Origin: Bdellovibrionales bacterium
GTDB lineage: Bacteria > Bdellovibrionota > Bdellovibrionia > Bdellovibrionales > JAGQZY01
Length of the DNA stretch: 64,000 bases
Reading direction: 5' to 3'
NCBI GenBank assembly: GCA_031426555.1
Contig: JANPLN010000030.1
Span: 13,125 to 77,124, forward strand
This document shows positions 46,271-55,888 of this stretch, piece by piece. The notes below the pieces were generated by a model. That model saw only the letters and a program-made list of their open reading frames with translations, ran no database searches and was not told the DNA's origin. Position numbers and translations under genes: made by a program. How positions within the stretch are numbered: position 1 is the first letter of the stretch; each line of letters starts with the position of its first letter.

Positions 46271-47643
46271 TCGAGCGTAAACAACTCATTTTAGGGAACA
46301 AGACGTACAAGGAAATCACCGACGATATCTGTGAACCCGTCGAAAGCTCTCCGGGGCGCGGCTGGATCACACTTTTTTTCAGCGCAAAAGCGTTGTTCCT
46401 ATTTTACATCGTCAGCATTGGAATCATTGTTTGCACGGGTATGGGTCTTTTGGGTGTGAACCATCCGGTGGGCTGGGGAACGATGATTGTGACCTTCGTT
46501 TTTTGGATTGGTATCGGTCACGCGGGCACGCTGATCTCTGCGGTTCTGTTTTTGTTTCGCCAAAAGTGGCGCACCTCAGTGGCGCGTTCTGCCGAAGCCA
46601 TGACCGTGTTTGCGGTGATGACGGCGGGAATTTTTCCACTGATTCACACCGGTCGACCGTGGCTTGATTTTTGGCTGATTCCTTATCCCAACCAGCGCGG
46701 TCCATTGTGGGTGAATTTTCGCTCGCCGCTCTTATGGGATGTTTTTGCGGTTTCGACGTATGCGACTGTTTCCATCGTTTTTTGGTATGTGGGGCTCGTC
46801 CCAGATTTTGCGACCATTCGCGATCGGGCGAAAACCAATTTGCGCAAAAAGATTTATGGTATTTTATCCTTAGGCTGGCGCGGAACAGGCCGTAATTGGA
46901 GTCACTACGAGATGGTGTATATGCTCCTCGCGGGCCTCTCAACGCCGCTCGTCTTATCAGTGCATACCATCGTATCCTTCGACTTCGCGGTTTCCTCGCT
47001 CCCGGGTTGGCACACCACGATTTTTCCTCCGTACTTTGTTGCGGGCGCTATTTTTTCGGGTTTCGGAATGGTGGTCACGCTTTTGACATTGGTCAGAATC
47101 GGTTTTCCAAAATTTAAAGACTACATCACCATCGATCATATGGAAGTGATGAACAAAATCATCATGGCCACCGGGATGATGGTGGGTTACGCCTACGGAT
47201 CTGAATTCTTTATTGCTTGGTACTCGGGTGTTCCCTACGAAAAGTACGCCTTCGTCAACCGCGCTGTGGGGCCGTACTGGTGGGCTTACTGGACAATGGT
47301 GACTTGCAACGTAATTATTCCGCAGATTTTTTGGGCTAAATGGGCGCGTCGAAGCATTCCAATCATGTTTGTGGTGTCGATCTTCGTGAACATCGGAATG
47401 TGGTTTGAGCGTTTCGTAATTACAGTGACTTCGCTTCACCGCGATTATCTACCGTCCAACTGGGGAATGTACGCTTGGTCGCGCTGGGATGCTGCGATTC
47501 TGTTTGGAAGTTTTGGAATGTTCCTGACCATTTTTCTGCTCTATCTCAGATTCTTCCCAGCCATCTCGATTGCTGAAGTGAAACCTATGCTCTATGTAGG
47601 CAGAAAAACAAAAGATGCAAAGGGAGGGCACGGTGGCCACTAA
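46267..47643 (+). CDS. actC: Alternative Complex III subunit ActC (NrfD/PsrC-like quinol-interacting membrane subunit)
   Basis: 458 aa and polytopic. NrfD-like pattern ([24 protein letters not shown]). Overlaps the actB stop. Confidence 0.8.
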   Translation: MIERKQLILGNKTYKEITDDICEPVESSPGRGWITLFFSAKALFLFYIVSIGIIVCTGMGLLGVNHPVGWGTMIVTFVFWIGIGHAGTLISAVLFLFRQKWRTSVARSAEAMTVFAVMTAGIFPLIHTGRPWLDFWLIPYPNQRGPLWVNFRSPLLWDVFAVSTYATVSIVFWYVGLVPDFATIRDRAKTNLRKKIYGILSLGWRGTGRNWSHYEMVYMLLAGLSTPLVLSVHTIVSFDFAVSSLPGWHTTIFPPYFVAGAIFSGFGMVVTLLTLVRIGFPKFKDYITIDHMEVMNKIIMATGMMVGYAYGSEFFIAWYSGVPYEKYAFVNRAVGPYWWAYWTMVTCNVIIPQIFWAKWARRSIPIMFVVSIFVNIGMWFERFVITVTSLHRDYLPSNWGMYAWSRWDAAILFGSFGMFLTIFLLYLRFFPAISIAEVKPMLYVGRKTKDAKGGHGGH

Positions 47644-48166
47644 GAAAAAGTTTTTATCTGGCGTTGTTGGGTTTTGGAGCGATGATCACGAACTCGTCGA
47701 AGCCGCGATAAAAATGCGCGAGGCGGGTTACACGCACTTTGATTCCATCACTCCGTTTCCGGTGCACGGGATGGAAGAGGCCGTGGGCATTAAGCGCAGT
47801 TTTATTCCCTACGTCACTTTCGTTGCGGGACTCATTGGCGCAAGCTTAGGAATGCTGCTGCAATATTGGATCTCCGCAGTCGACTGGCCAATCATTGTTG
47901 GGGGTAAACCGCATTTTTCAGCTCCGGCATTTATCCCAATTACGTTTGAAATAACAATTCTTTTTGCGGCGTTGAGTTCCGTGGTGACGATGTTTGCGGT
48001 GAATCGACTTCCCAAAATCAATCCTCCCATCATCGATCCCGATCTCACATCACACAAATTTGCGCTGTGGATCCCCGAGACTGAGCCAGGATACAGCCCT
48101 GAAAAAGTAGAAGCGTTCTTGAAACAATTAGGTGCCGAAGACGTGCGCCGAGTGGCGGAGTTTTAA
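47615..48166 (+). CDS. actD: Alternative Complex III subunit ActD
   Basis: 183 aa with two central TM helices, in the position expected within the operon. Start is uncertain; GTG 47633 is an alternative. Confidence 0.65.
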   Translation: MQREGTVATKKKFLSGVVGFWSDDHELVEAAIKMREAGYTHFDSITPFPVHGMEEAVGIKRSFIPYVTFVAGLIGASLGMLLQYWISAVDWPIIVGGKPHFSAPAFIPITFEITILFAALSSVVTMFAVNRLPKINPPIIDPDLTSHKFALWIPETEPGYSPEKVEAFLKQLGAEDVRRVAEF

Positions 48167-48167
48167 A

Positions 48168-48746
48168 ATGATGAGTGATCGTACATTAAGTTGGGCGTTC
48201 TTTTTATGTGTGAGCCTTTTTGCCTCTGTGTTTGTATTTGGTTTAACGGGTTGCGGACCCAGCGACGGAAAACCAAACGTTGAGCTCATTCAAGATATGA
48301 TGGTTCAACCTGCCAACAAGGCGCAGGATTTTTTAGCTTCCAATCCCGAAAAAAGCAGTCAGCTTGTTCCGCCCGAAGGGACAGCGGCCGTCAATCGTGA
48401 GGTTTACTTGTACAAGGGAAACCCAGAGGGTGCTGAAGCTAATTTGAAGATGCCCGAGGTGACTGCAGACATGGTTAAGCTTGGAGAAAAACACTTCAAG
48501 AATTACTGCTTAGTCTGCCACGGCGAAAAGGGCGCAGGCGACGGACCAGTGGCCAGCAAATTTCAAGGCGTAAAACCACCATCGCTCCTGAGCGATAAAG
48601 TTCGTGGAATGAAAGACGGTGGGATTTATCACATCATCACTGACGGACAGGGTGTTATGGGAACGTACATTAATCACATGCCGTGGAGCAAAGATCGTTG
48701 GGCTGTAGTGTCCTATGTTCGTAAACTGCAGAGCGACAGTAAATAG
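48168..48746 (+). CDS. actE: Alternative Complex III subunit ActE (monoheme cytochrome c lipoprotein)
   Basis: Lipobox FGLTGC and a single CLVCHGEKG heme site with a distal Met region (GQGVMGTY). Confidence 0.8.
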   Translation: MMSDRTLSWAFFLCVSLFASVFVFGLTGCGPSDGKPNVELIQDMMVQPANKAQDFLASNPEKSSQLVPPEGTAAVNREVYLYKGNPEGAEANLKMPEVTADMVKLGEKHFKNYCLVCHGEKGAGDGPVASKFQGVKPPSLLSDKVRGMKDGGIYHIITDGQGVMGTYINHMPWSKDRWAVVSYVRKLQSDSK

Positions 48747-48783
48747 GTCCGACAAATAGGTCGACAAATAATTAGGAGAGAAC

Positions 48784-49986
48784 ATGTCAGGTTTAGATTT
48801 AGAAAATGTGAGTCCACAAAAATTTCAACTCGAGCCTAAGTTAAAAACCGCCATGGCGGCTCTCGCTTGCGGCGGTGGGGCTCTGTTGGCCTTAGGGTTT
48901 ATGGTGGACCACGAGCGTGCATGGCATGCCTACTTGGTGAGTTTTTTCTACTTCACGTGTTTAGCAATGGGCGGCCTGTTTTTTACCGCCCTTCAACATA
49001 TGGCAGCTGCCGGCTGGAGTGTAAACATTCGCCGTTTGGCGGAGGCTCTTACAGCTTTTATTCCCTATCTTCTTGTTCTTGGACTTCCCCTTGTGTTTTT
49101 TGCGGGGAAAGATCTTTATCTTTGGCTCGACGCCGATGTAGTTGCTGCCGATCCAATTCTGACGGGCAAAGCGGCCTACTTAAATAAAACGTTCTTTGCC
49201 ATTCGTTTTGTTTTGTTCGCTGGAGCTTGGGCTTTCTTCGCTAAAAAAATCGTCGGTTTTTCACTTCAGCAAGACAACGATGGCAAAGACGAATGGACCA
49301 CGCTGGCCTTAAAGTGGTCGGTGATTTTTGTTCTCGTGTTTGCGCTGAGTTTTTCTTTCTTCAGTGTCGATTTTTTGATGAGCCTCGAGCCGCACTGGTT
49401 TAGTACTATTTTTGGTGTTTACTGCTTTGCGGGAATGTTTCAGTCCACCTTAGCGCTTCTCTGTTTGATCACAATGTATGTGATTCATAAAGGTTGGGCC
49501 CGCGGCCTTATCACCATTGAGCATGTTCATGATCTCGCTAAATACACAAAAGCGTTCACTGTTTTTTGGGCGTACATTGCGTTTAGCCAATTTATGCTGA
49601 TTTGGTACGCCAATCTTCCCGAAGAGACTATTTTTTACCTCCATCGCTCGCACGGTGGTTGGTTGTACATTTCGGTGGGTTTGATTGTGTTTCGTTTTGT
49701 GGTTCCCTTTTTGGCGCTTTTGCCTCGCTGGGCAAAGCGGACGCCGTCGCATTTAGCCGCTGTTTGCGTATTGATTTTAGTTATGCAGTATGTGGATTTG
49801 TACTGGTTAGTTTACCCCAACTACAGCAATGAGTTCGTAGCATTTTCGTGGATGGAAATCGGCGCCTTCGTTGGATTCCTGGGCGGCTTTGGCCTCGTGG
49901 TGACGCAGTTTTTGGCGAAGTACAATTTACTTCCCATCAAAGATCCCCGCAAATCCGAGTCCACCAACCACCACGTGGTGTACTAA
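48784..49986 (+). CDS. actF: Alternative Complex III subunit ActF (second NrfD-like membrane subunit)
   Basis: 400 aa and polytopic. It is the last gene of the operon and resembles ActC-type helices. Confidence 0.7.
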   Translation: MSGLDLENVSPQKFQLEPKLKTAMAALACGGGALLALGFMVDHERAWHAYLVSFFYFTCLAMGGLFFTALQHMAAAGWSVNIRRLAEALTAFIPYLLVLGLPLVFFAGKDLYLWLDADVVAADPILTGKAAYLNKTFFAIRFVLFAGAWAFFAKKIVGFSLQQDNDGKDEWTTLALKWSVIFVLVFALSFSFFSVDFLMSLEPHWFSTIFGVYCFAGMFQSTLALLCLITMYVIHKGWARGLITIEHVHDLAKYTKAFTVFWAYIAFSQFMLIWYANLPEETIFYLHRSHGGWLYISVGLIVFRFVVPFLALLPRWAKRTPSHLAAVCVLILVMQYVDLYWLVYPNYSNEFVAFSWMEIGAFVGFLGGFGLVVTQFLAKYNLLPIKDPRKSESTNHHVVY

Positions 49987-50008
49987 AGTACGTGGGTCCT
50001 TTTGCGAC

Positions 50009-50041
50009 CAAGGGCGTCTCGATCTGACGCAGATGCCCTTT
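50009..50041 (+). terminator. Putative terminator after actF
   Basis: AAGGGCGTC...GACGC...GCCCTTTT: stem AAGGGC/GCCCTT with an inner GCGTC/GACGC, followed by a short T run. Confidence 0.35.
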
Positions 50042-50178
50042 TAAGTATCATCGGGGAGAATATATTTGATCTTTGGCGTCATTTTCATTAGTCTGTCGTC
50101 AGTGAAATATTGCATATCTGTTAAAATTAATTCGACGATCCATTGTCTGACAAATTCTTTGATGACCACTCTCTCATA

Positions 50179-52147
50179 ATGGCATCCGTTCGCATCACTC
50201 TCCCAGATAATTCCATCAAAAGCTTCGATCAATCTCCGACTATTTTACAAGTGGCTGAAAGCATCGGACCCGGCCTCGCAAAAAACTGCGTGGGTGGTTG
50301 TATCAATGGCAGTAAAGAAATTATTGATCTTCGCACCCCCTTGAGTGATGGCGATCGCCTCGAAATCGTGACTTCTAATTCTGAAAAGGGACGAGAGGTT
50401 CTACGTCACTCGGCTGCCCACATTATGGCGCATGCGGTGCAGGAATTATTTAAAAATGTAAAGGTGACCATCGGGCCCGTCGTGGATGATGGTTTCTACT
50501 ACGACTTCGACCCTGAAACTCCGCTCACTTTGGCTGATCTGCAAAAAATTGAAGATCGCATGTACGAAATCATCCAGCGCAATGTTCCGCTGGTGCGTGA
50601 AGTGTGGCCCTCCGACAAAGCGGTCCAAGTTTTTGCCGACATGGGCGAGAGTTACAAAGCCGAAATCATCAGCGATCTAAAAACATCCGAAGTCTCCATT
50701 TATAAACAAGGCACATGGTTTGATTTGTGCCGTGGGCCCCATGTGCAAAGTACTGGGCAAGTGAAAGCCGTGAAAGTGATGTCCATCGCCGGCGCCTACT
50801 GGCGGGGAGATCAAAAAAATAAACAACTTCAGCGCGTTTATGCGACGGCTTTCAACGACAAAAAAGAACTCAAAGAGCACCTAAATAATCTCGAAGTCCA
50901 AAAAACGCGATCACCGAAAAATCGGCAAAGAGCAGGGACTGTTTATGTTCCACGACTGGGCGCCAGGCATGCCGTTTTTTACTGCCAAGGGCACGGTGAT
51001 TTACAACGAACTTGCCAATTACATTCGCGAGCTCTATCGCAAGTACGATTACAAAGAAGTGATCACTCCCCAGTTGTACGACTCGAATCTGTTTATCACC
51101 TCTGGTCACTACGGCCATTACAAAGACAATATGTACTTTAGCGAAGTGGGCGACAACAAAACAGAAGTGGGCGTCAAACCCATGAATTGCCCTGGCCACT
51201 GTTTGCTTTTTGATTCTGAAAAACACTCGTATCGCGATCTTCCTTATCGAATGGCTGATTTTGGCAGGCTCCACCGCTATGAGGCGAGCGGCGCGCTGGC
51301 GGGTCTCACTCGCGTGCGTTCCATGTCGCAAGATGATGCCCATATTTTTTGCACCGACGAGCAACTGCAAAGCGAGATGGAAGGTTTCATGACTTTCCTC
51401 AAGGAAGTTTACTCGGCCCTCGGTATGTACGAGTACAAAGTCTACATTGCTACACGCCCAGCCAGCCGCATGGGGTCCGATGATTTATGGGATCGCGCTG
51501 AAGGTGCTCTCACAGGCGCCATGGATAAATTGGGCGTACCTTACCAAATCAATCCCGGCGACGGCGCCTTTTACGGTCCCAAGATCGAAGTGCATTTTGT
51601 CGATGCCATGAAAAGAACCTGGCAGCTCGGAACTATCCAGGTGGATTACAATTTACCTAAAAATTTCAATCTCACCTATACTGGCGACGACAATACAGAG
51701 CATATGCCAGTTGTACTTCACCGCGCGATTTTAGGAACGCTTGAGCGCTTTATCGGAATTTACATCGAGCAGTGTGCTGGCAAATTCCCTCTCTGGTTAT
51801 CACCAACACAAGCGGTGATTCTGAATGTGACGGACCGACAAACGGAGTATTGCCTCGAACTCAAAAAGAAACTCGTCGCTCAGGGTGTGCGCGTTGAGTA
51901 TGACAGCCGCAACGAAAAGTTGGGTTACAAAATCCGCGAAGCCCAATTACAGCAAATGCCTTACATGTTGATCATCGGCGATAAAGAAATGGAACAGGGC
52001 TGTGTTTCTGTTCGTTTGCGCTCAGGTGAGATGATCAATTTTATTCCTACCGATGAATTTATTAATAAAGTTGTGGGTGAGATCAAAACTCGTCAGCTCA
52101 CTTCTGTTTTTGAAAATGCGAACTCAACAAAGGAGATAAGCCATTAA
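50179..52147 (+). pseudogene. thrS: Threonine--tRNA ligase, reading frame interrupted by a +1 shift in an A6 run (50900-50905)
   Basis: ORF 50143..51141 carries the TGS and editing domains up to ...KELKEHLNNLEVQK. ORF 50945..52147 (frame +1) carries the class II core and anticodon domain. Frame 2 already reads RDHRKIGKEQGLFMFHDWAPGMPFF from 50906. Deleting one A restores LEVQKRDHRKIGK, which matches the conserved ThrRS junction. Confidence 0.85.
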
Positions 52148-52148
52148 T

Positions 52149-52880
52149 ATGCCATTCAAAAAACCATTTGGTGGACCCCCACGCCCTGCCGGAGCTGGTG
52201 GACCTGGTGGAAATAAATTTCGTAAAGACGGCCCAGGCGGAAATTTTCGCGATCGCAAAGGCGAAAAAGATGCCTTCAACGTGAACGAAGCCATTCGCGC
52301 CCGTGAAGTGCGTGTTGTCGGACCCGATGGGAAAATGCTCGGCGTCTATCCCACAGCTCAAGCCCTTGGCTTGGCTCGTGATTTTGGTTTGGATTTGATT
52401 GAAGTGTCTCCAGAAGCTTCGCCGCCCACATGTAAAATTATGGATTACGGCAAATGGAAGTACGAAAACAAAAAGAAAACTCAGGCGAATAAAAAGAAGC
52501 AAATCATCGTGACGGTGAAAGAGCTGCAGATTCGTCCACGCACCGACGAGCACGATCTCGAAGTAAAAATGCGCCACGCGCGCCGCTTTTTACTCGAGGG
52601 TGATAAAGTGAAGGTGAACATGCGCTTCCAAGGTCGCGAGATGGCTTATCAAGAAATGGGCCGAGCCACCATGATGAAGGTGTCACAATCCCTTTTGGAT
52701 TTAGCCATGATCGAATTGGAACCCAAGAGCGAAGGTAAACAGTTGTTTATGATTCTTGCTCCGGATCCAGTGAAAATTAAAGACTACAGAGTAAAGCATC
52801 CTGATCTTAAAGCCGTCGCTAAAAAAGACGAAAAAGATGAAGATCCAGCTGATGGCGGAGACGAGTCTGCAGAGGATTGA
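52149..52880 (+). CDS. infC: Translation initiation factor IF-3 with Gly/Pro-rich N-terminal and acidic C-terminal extensions
   Basis: Core NEAIRAREVRVVGPDGKMLGV...DLIEVSPEASPPTCKIMDYGKWKYE...VKELQIRPRTDEHDL...RFQGREM is canonical IF-3. ATG 52149 lies 1 nt after the thrS stop. The true start is uncertain because infC often uses a non-ATG start. Confidence 0.9.
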   Translation: MPFKKPFGGPPRPAGAGGPGGNKFRKDGPGGNFRDRKGEKDAFNVNEAIRAREVRVVGPDGKMLGVYPTAQALGLARDFGLDLIEVSPEASPPTCKIMDYGKWKYENKKKTQANKKKQIIVTVKELQIRPRTDEHDLEVKMRHARRFLLEGDKVKVNMRFQGREMAYQEMGRATMMKVSQSLLDLAMIELEPKSEGKQLFMILAPDPVKIKDYRVKHPDLKAVAKKDEKDEDPADGGDESAED

Positions 52881-52885
52881 TTCCA

Positions 52886-52907
52886 ATGACGAGCGTAAGC
52901 TCGTCAT
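52886..52907. terminator. 9-bp stem/GTAA-loop hairpin between convergent infC and a small secreted-protein gene
   Basis: ATGACGAGC-GTAA-GCTCGTCAT. There is no clear T-run. Confidence 0.35.
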
Positions 52908-53000
52908 CCTACCTTGGAAAACACAGTTATTAAAACCCGCCGATTCAAATTATCGCCGCCGGGAAGCTCAATCAGCCTGCGTTCCCCAGATTGCTCCGCT

Positions 53001-53402
53001 TTAAAACTGTTGATCCCAGACGTTGCATCGGCTGATGGAATAGTCCAGCGAACCAAAATTGTAGGTGATAAAACCTGGAAGTGATGTGGTCTGGCCGTTC
53101 TCGAGAGCGTCGAGAAGATTTTGGCTGACTGTAACCAAATCAAAACTCCCTGAGAAAATTCCTTCAACATAATAGACTCTTTTTTCAGCTGTAGAGAGGT
53201 CTTTAGATACTTCAGCTTTATCGATTTCTGTGTAAGACATCGGTGCCTCTTTGCAATCGTCCTCAGAGAAGTCGTAGCGGCAAATCGATACAGTTGTGGC
53301 ACTAAGTTTTACCAAACTTTTGCGTTCACACTTCAAAAAATAACTTTTAGCAAAGGCCTGATGGGTCATCGCAGTAACAAGTAAAAAAAATAATAATTTC
53401 AT
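53001..53402 (-). CDS. Small secreted hypothetical protein (133 aa)
   Basis: Signal peptide MKLLFFLLVTAMTHQAFA, with GGAGG upstream. No family recognised. Confidence 0.5.
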   Translation of the reverse strand: MKLLFFLLVTAMTHQAFAKSYFLKCERKSLVKLSATTVSICRYDFSEDDCKEAPMSYTEIDKAEVSKDLSTAEKRVYYVEGIFSGSFDLVTVSQNLLDALENGQTTSLPGFITYNFGSLDYSISRCNVWDQQF

Positions 53403-53514
53403 AAAACCTCCGAGTTACACTCATAGTACTGATGCTAACCGGAAAATATTAAGTATTGAAAGACTCTATGTAAAAGTAACAGTGTTATGAGACAAACCTA
53501 ACAGGTTCGTAAAT

Positions 53515-53931
53515 CTATTCTTTGCTCGCAGGAAGTCGAACGTCGACAGGCTTTGCGCTGATTTTTAATTCGATGGGATTGGCACCATCTGTCGGCGGTA
53601 AAAAGCGAACAGACGAGGTTTCGTACGATGATGTTTCCAGATTGGCACGCAGGGGATCTTGTCCTTCGCCATCTTTCATTTCGGTATATTCCAGTGCAAT
53701 TTTATAAGCGCGATCCGAGTAGCCGGTGGTTCTTGGCGAGAGGGAAAGTTTGAAACTTAAACCATCTGATGATTGCGAAATAAAAGCGCTTTCACCATCA
53801 GTGGCGACAATGTGAGATGTTGAATCCAACTCTCCATTTTTCCAAATTTCCACTTCGATTTGCACTTTTTGCTTAGGGGATGCAGACGCAGTTAAGGTCG
53901 TAAATAAGATCAAAATAACAGATGCGCGCAT
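53515..53931 (-). CDS. Small secreted hypothetical protein (138 aa)
   Basis: Signal peptide MRASVILILFTTLTASASP, with GGGGGAG upstream. The body looks beta-rich. Confidence 0.5.
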   Translation of the reverse strand: MRASVILILFTTLTASASPKQKVQIEVEIWKNGELDSTSHIVATDGESAFISQSSDGLSFKLSLSPRTTGYSDRAYKIALEYTEMKDGEGQDPLRANLETSSYETSSVRFLPPTDGANPIELKISAKPVDVRLPASKE

Positions 53932-54060
53932 TAAAACTCCCCCATAACCACATTACAAAGCAAAACCTGTGTTCTTGCAAGCTCAGAGAGAAAAGCCTGC
54001 CTCCCAAAGGTCCTTTTGAGAGGAGCGGGAAACGGGGTGAGTATTTTTTAGAATATCTTC

Positions 54061-54088
54061 TTGTATCTATATGAATTTATTGCATAAT
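54061..54088 (+). promoter_or_regulatory. Sigma-70-like promoter candidate for rpmI-rplT
   Basis: TTGTAT (54061-54066), a 16-nt spacer, then CATAAT (54083-54088). This would give a leader of about 175 nt with a GGGGC/GCCCC hairpin before rpmI. Confidence 0.3.
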
Positions 54089-54269
54089 TTCGATGTCTTT
54101 TTGCCGCCTTTAGGGGCTCGTCGGGTTCCGCCCCAAGCCTGCTCCGACAATGCACCAAAATTGCAACTTTTATTGGACAATGAGTCCGTGGTTGGATAAA
54201 AGAAACAACGCTTTATCTATTATAGGCCCACAAAGTAAGCACTGCTTCGCCTGTAAGGAAGGAAAAAAT

Positions 54270-54461
54270 ATGAAAGCAAAAACCCATTCCGGGGCCAAGA
54301 AACGACTTCGCGTCCTCAGCCGAGATAAGATCAAAAGAAAACAAGCACGCCTTCGTCACTTGATGAAGAACAAAAGTTCTAAACGCAAAAGACAATTGGG
54401 CGATGTAATTTACGTGGATGCTGCGAATCTTCCAAACACTCGCAGATGTTTTAATATTTAA
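54270..54461 (+). CDS. rpmI: 50S ribosomal protein L35
   Basis: ATG 54270 with AAGGAAGGA upstream gives MKAKTHSGAKKRLRVLSRDKIKRKQARLRHLM..., 63 aa. Confidence 0.92.
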   Translation: MKAKTHSGAKKRLRVLSRDKIKRKQARLRHLMKNKSSKRKRQLGDVIYVDAANLPNTRRCFNI

Positions 54462-54475
54462 GAAGGCGGATTGAG

Positions 54476-54823
54476 ATGAGAGTAAAAGGCGGAGTCGTCA
54501 GCCGTAGACGACGTAATAAAGTTTTAAAAAGAGCAAAAGGTTATTATTCTTCTGGAAGTCGCTTATATATTTACGCGAAAGAAAGAAACGATCGTGCGTT
54601 AGCGTATGCGTATCGCGATCGTAAACAAAAAAAGAGACATTTCAGAAAACTATGGATCATCCGTATTTCTGCTGCAACCAAACTGAATGGCGTAAGCTAT
54701 TCAAAATTTATGGGTGCACTTTTGAAAACAGACATCCAACTCGATCGCAAATTGCTGGCTGATATGGCGATTTTTGATCCAAAAGGGTTCTCTGCTCTCG
54801 TGCAAAAAGTAATGCCGAAGTAG
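54476..54823 (+). CDS. rplT: 50S ribosomal protein L20
   Basis: MRVKGGVVSRRRRNKVLKRAKGYYSSGSRLY...AYRDRKQKKRHFRKLWI is canonical L20. Confidence 0.95.
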   Translation: MRVKGGVVSRRRRNKVLKRAKGYYSSGSRLYIYAKERNDRALAYAYRDRKQKKRHFRKLWIIRISAATKLNGVSYSKFMGALLKTDIQLDRKLLADMAIFDPKGFSALVQKVMPK

Positions 54824-54862
54824 ACTGTTAGTTTTTTGAAACTAAATCTTTAGGGATTAATT

Positions 54863-55888
54863 ATGGTGAGCTTTGAAGAAAGAAAGAGAGATCATATTGA
54901 AATTTCTCTTTCTTCGCAAAGCCAGTCGCAAGTGGTCGACGGGCTCAATCGCATTGAGCTCATACACGAAGCCCTCCCAAATCTTAATTTCTCAGACATA
55001 TCTCTAAAAACAGAAACTCTTGGTTTAGACGTAGACACTCCGTTGTTTGTGTCGTCCATGACTTTGGGGCACTCGGCATCATTTGCCGTGAACGAAGTTT
55101 TAGCTCTCGTTTGCCAAGAAAAAAACATGCTCATGGGCGTGGGTTCGCAGCGCCGACAGTTGGAAGATAGCGAAGCCAAAAACGAGTGTTTGCGACTGCG
55201 AAAAAAATTTCCAAAACTGAAAGTGATGGGCAACTTGGGCCTTGCTCAGGTGATCGAAACTCCTATCGCGCAAATTCAAGGTCTGGTTGATTCGCTGGAA
55301 GCTCAGGCCATGATCGTTCATACCAATCCACTTCAAGAGTGCATACAACCTGAAGGAACGCCACGCTTTCGCGGCGGTTTAGTAGCCCTCGAAAAACTTT
55401 GCGCTCAGTTATCTGTGCCTGTGATTTTAAAAGAGACGGGCTGCGGGTTTTCTTTAAAAACGTTAGCGCGCCTCCAAGAGACGGGTCTCGCGGCGATTGA
55501 TGTGAGTGGCCGTGGTGGAACTCACTGGGGCCGTGTTGAGTCACAACGTCTTTCTGCTGAACAGATTCAATTCTCGGCCGGCCAAACTTTTGCCGACTGG
55601 GGCATTTCTACGGTGGAATCTCTGCTAGCGGCAAAAAGCTTGCAGCTGACGGCTGAAGTGTGGGCCTCGGGTGGCGTGCGCACAGGTTTGGATACTGCAA
55701 AACTCTTGGCCATGGGTGCAAGCATGGTTGGCTTAGCACAGCCTTTGTTGGCCGCGGCTCTCGAAGGCGAAGAAAAGCTTGTGCAGCAGATTGATCAAAT
55801 AAATTACGAGTTGATGGTGGCGATGTTTTGTTCGGGAACAGAATCTGTGTTGGAGCTGCGAAGAGGTGATGTGTGGAAAATGAAATAA
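54863..55888 (+). CDS. fni: Isopentenyl-diphosphate delta-isomerase, type 2 (FMN-dependent)
   Basis: FEERKRDHIEISL start, TIM-barrel FMN blocks (ILKETGCGFS, DVSGRGGTHWG, ASGGVRTGLD). Confidence 0.88.
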   Translation: MVSFEERKRDHIEISLSSQSQSQVVDGLNRIELIHEALPNLNFSDISLKTETLGLDVDTPLFVSSMTLGHSASFAVNEVLALVCQEKNMLMGVGSQRRQLEDSEAKNECLRLRKKFPKLKVMGNLGLAQVIETPIAQIQGLVDSLEAQAMIVHTNPLQECIQPEGTPRFRGGLVALEKLCAQLSVPVILKETGCGFSLKTLARLQETGLAAIDVSGRGGTHWGRVESQRLSAEQIQFSAGQTFADWGISTVESLLAAKSLQLTAEVWASGGVRTGLDTAKLLAMGASMVGLAQPLLAAALEGEEKLVQQIDQINYELMVAMFCSGTESVLELRRGDVWKMK

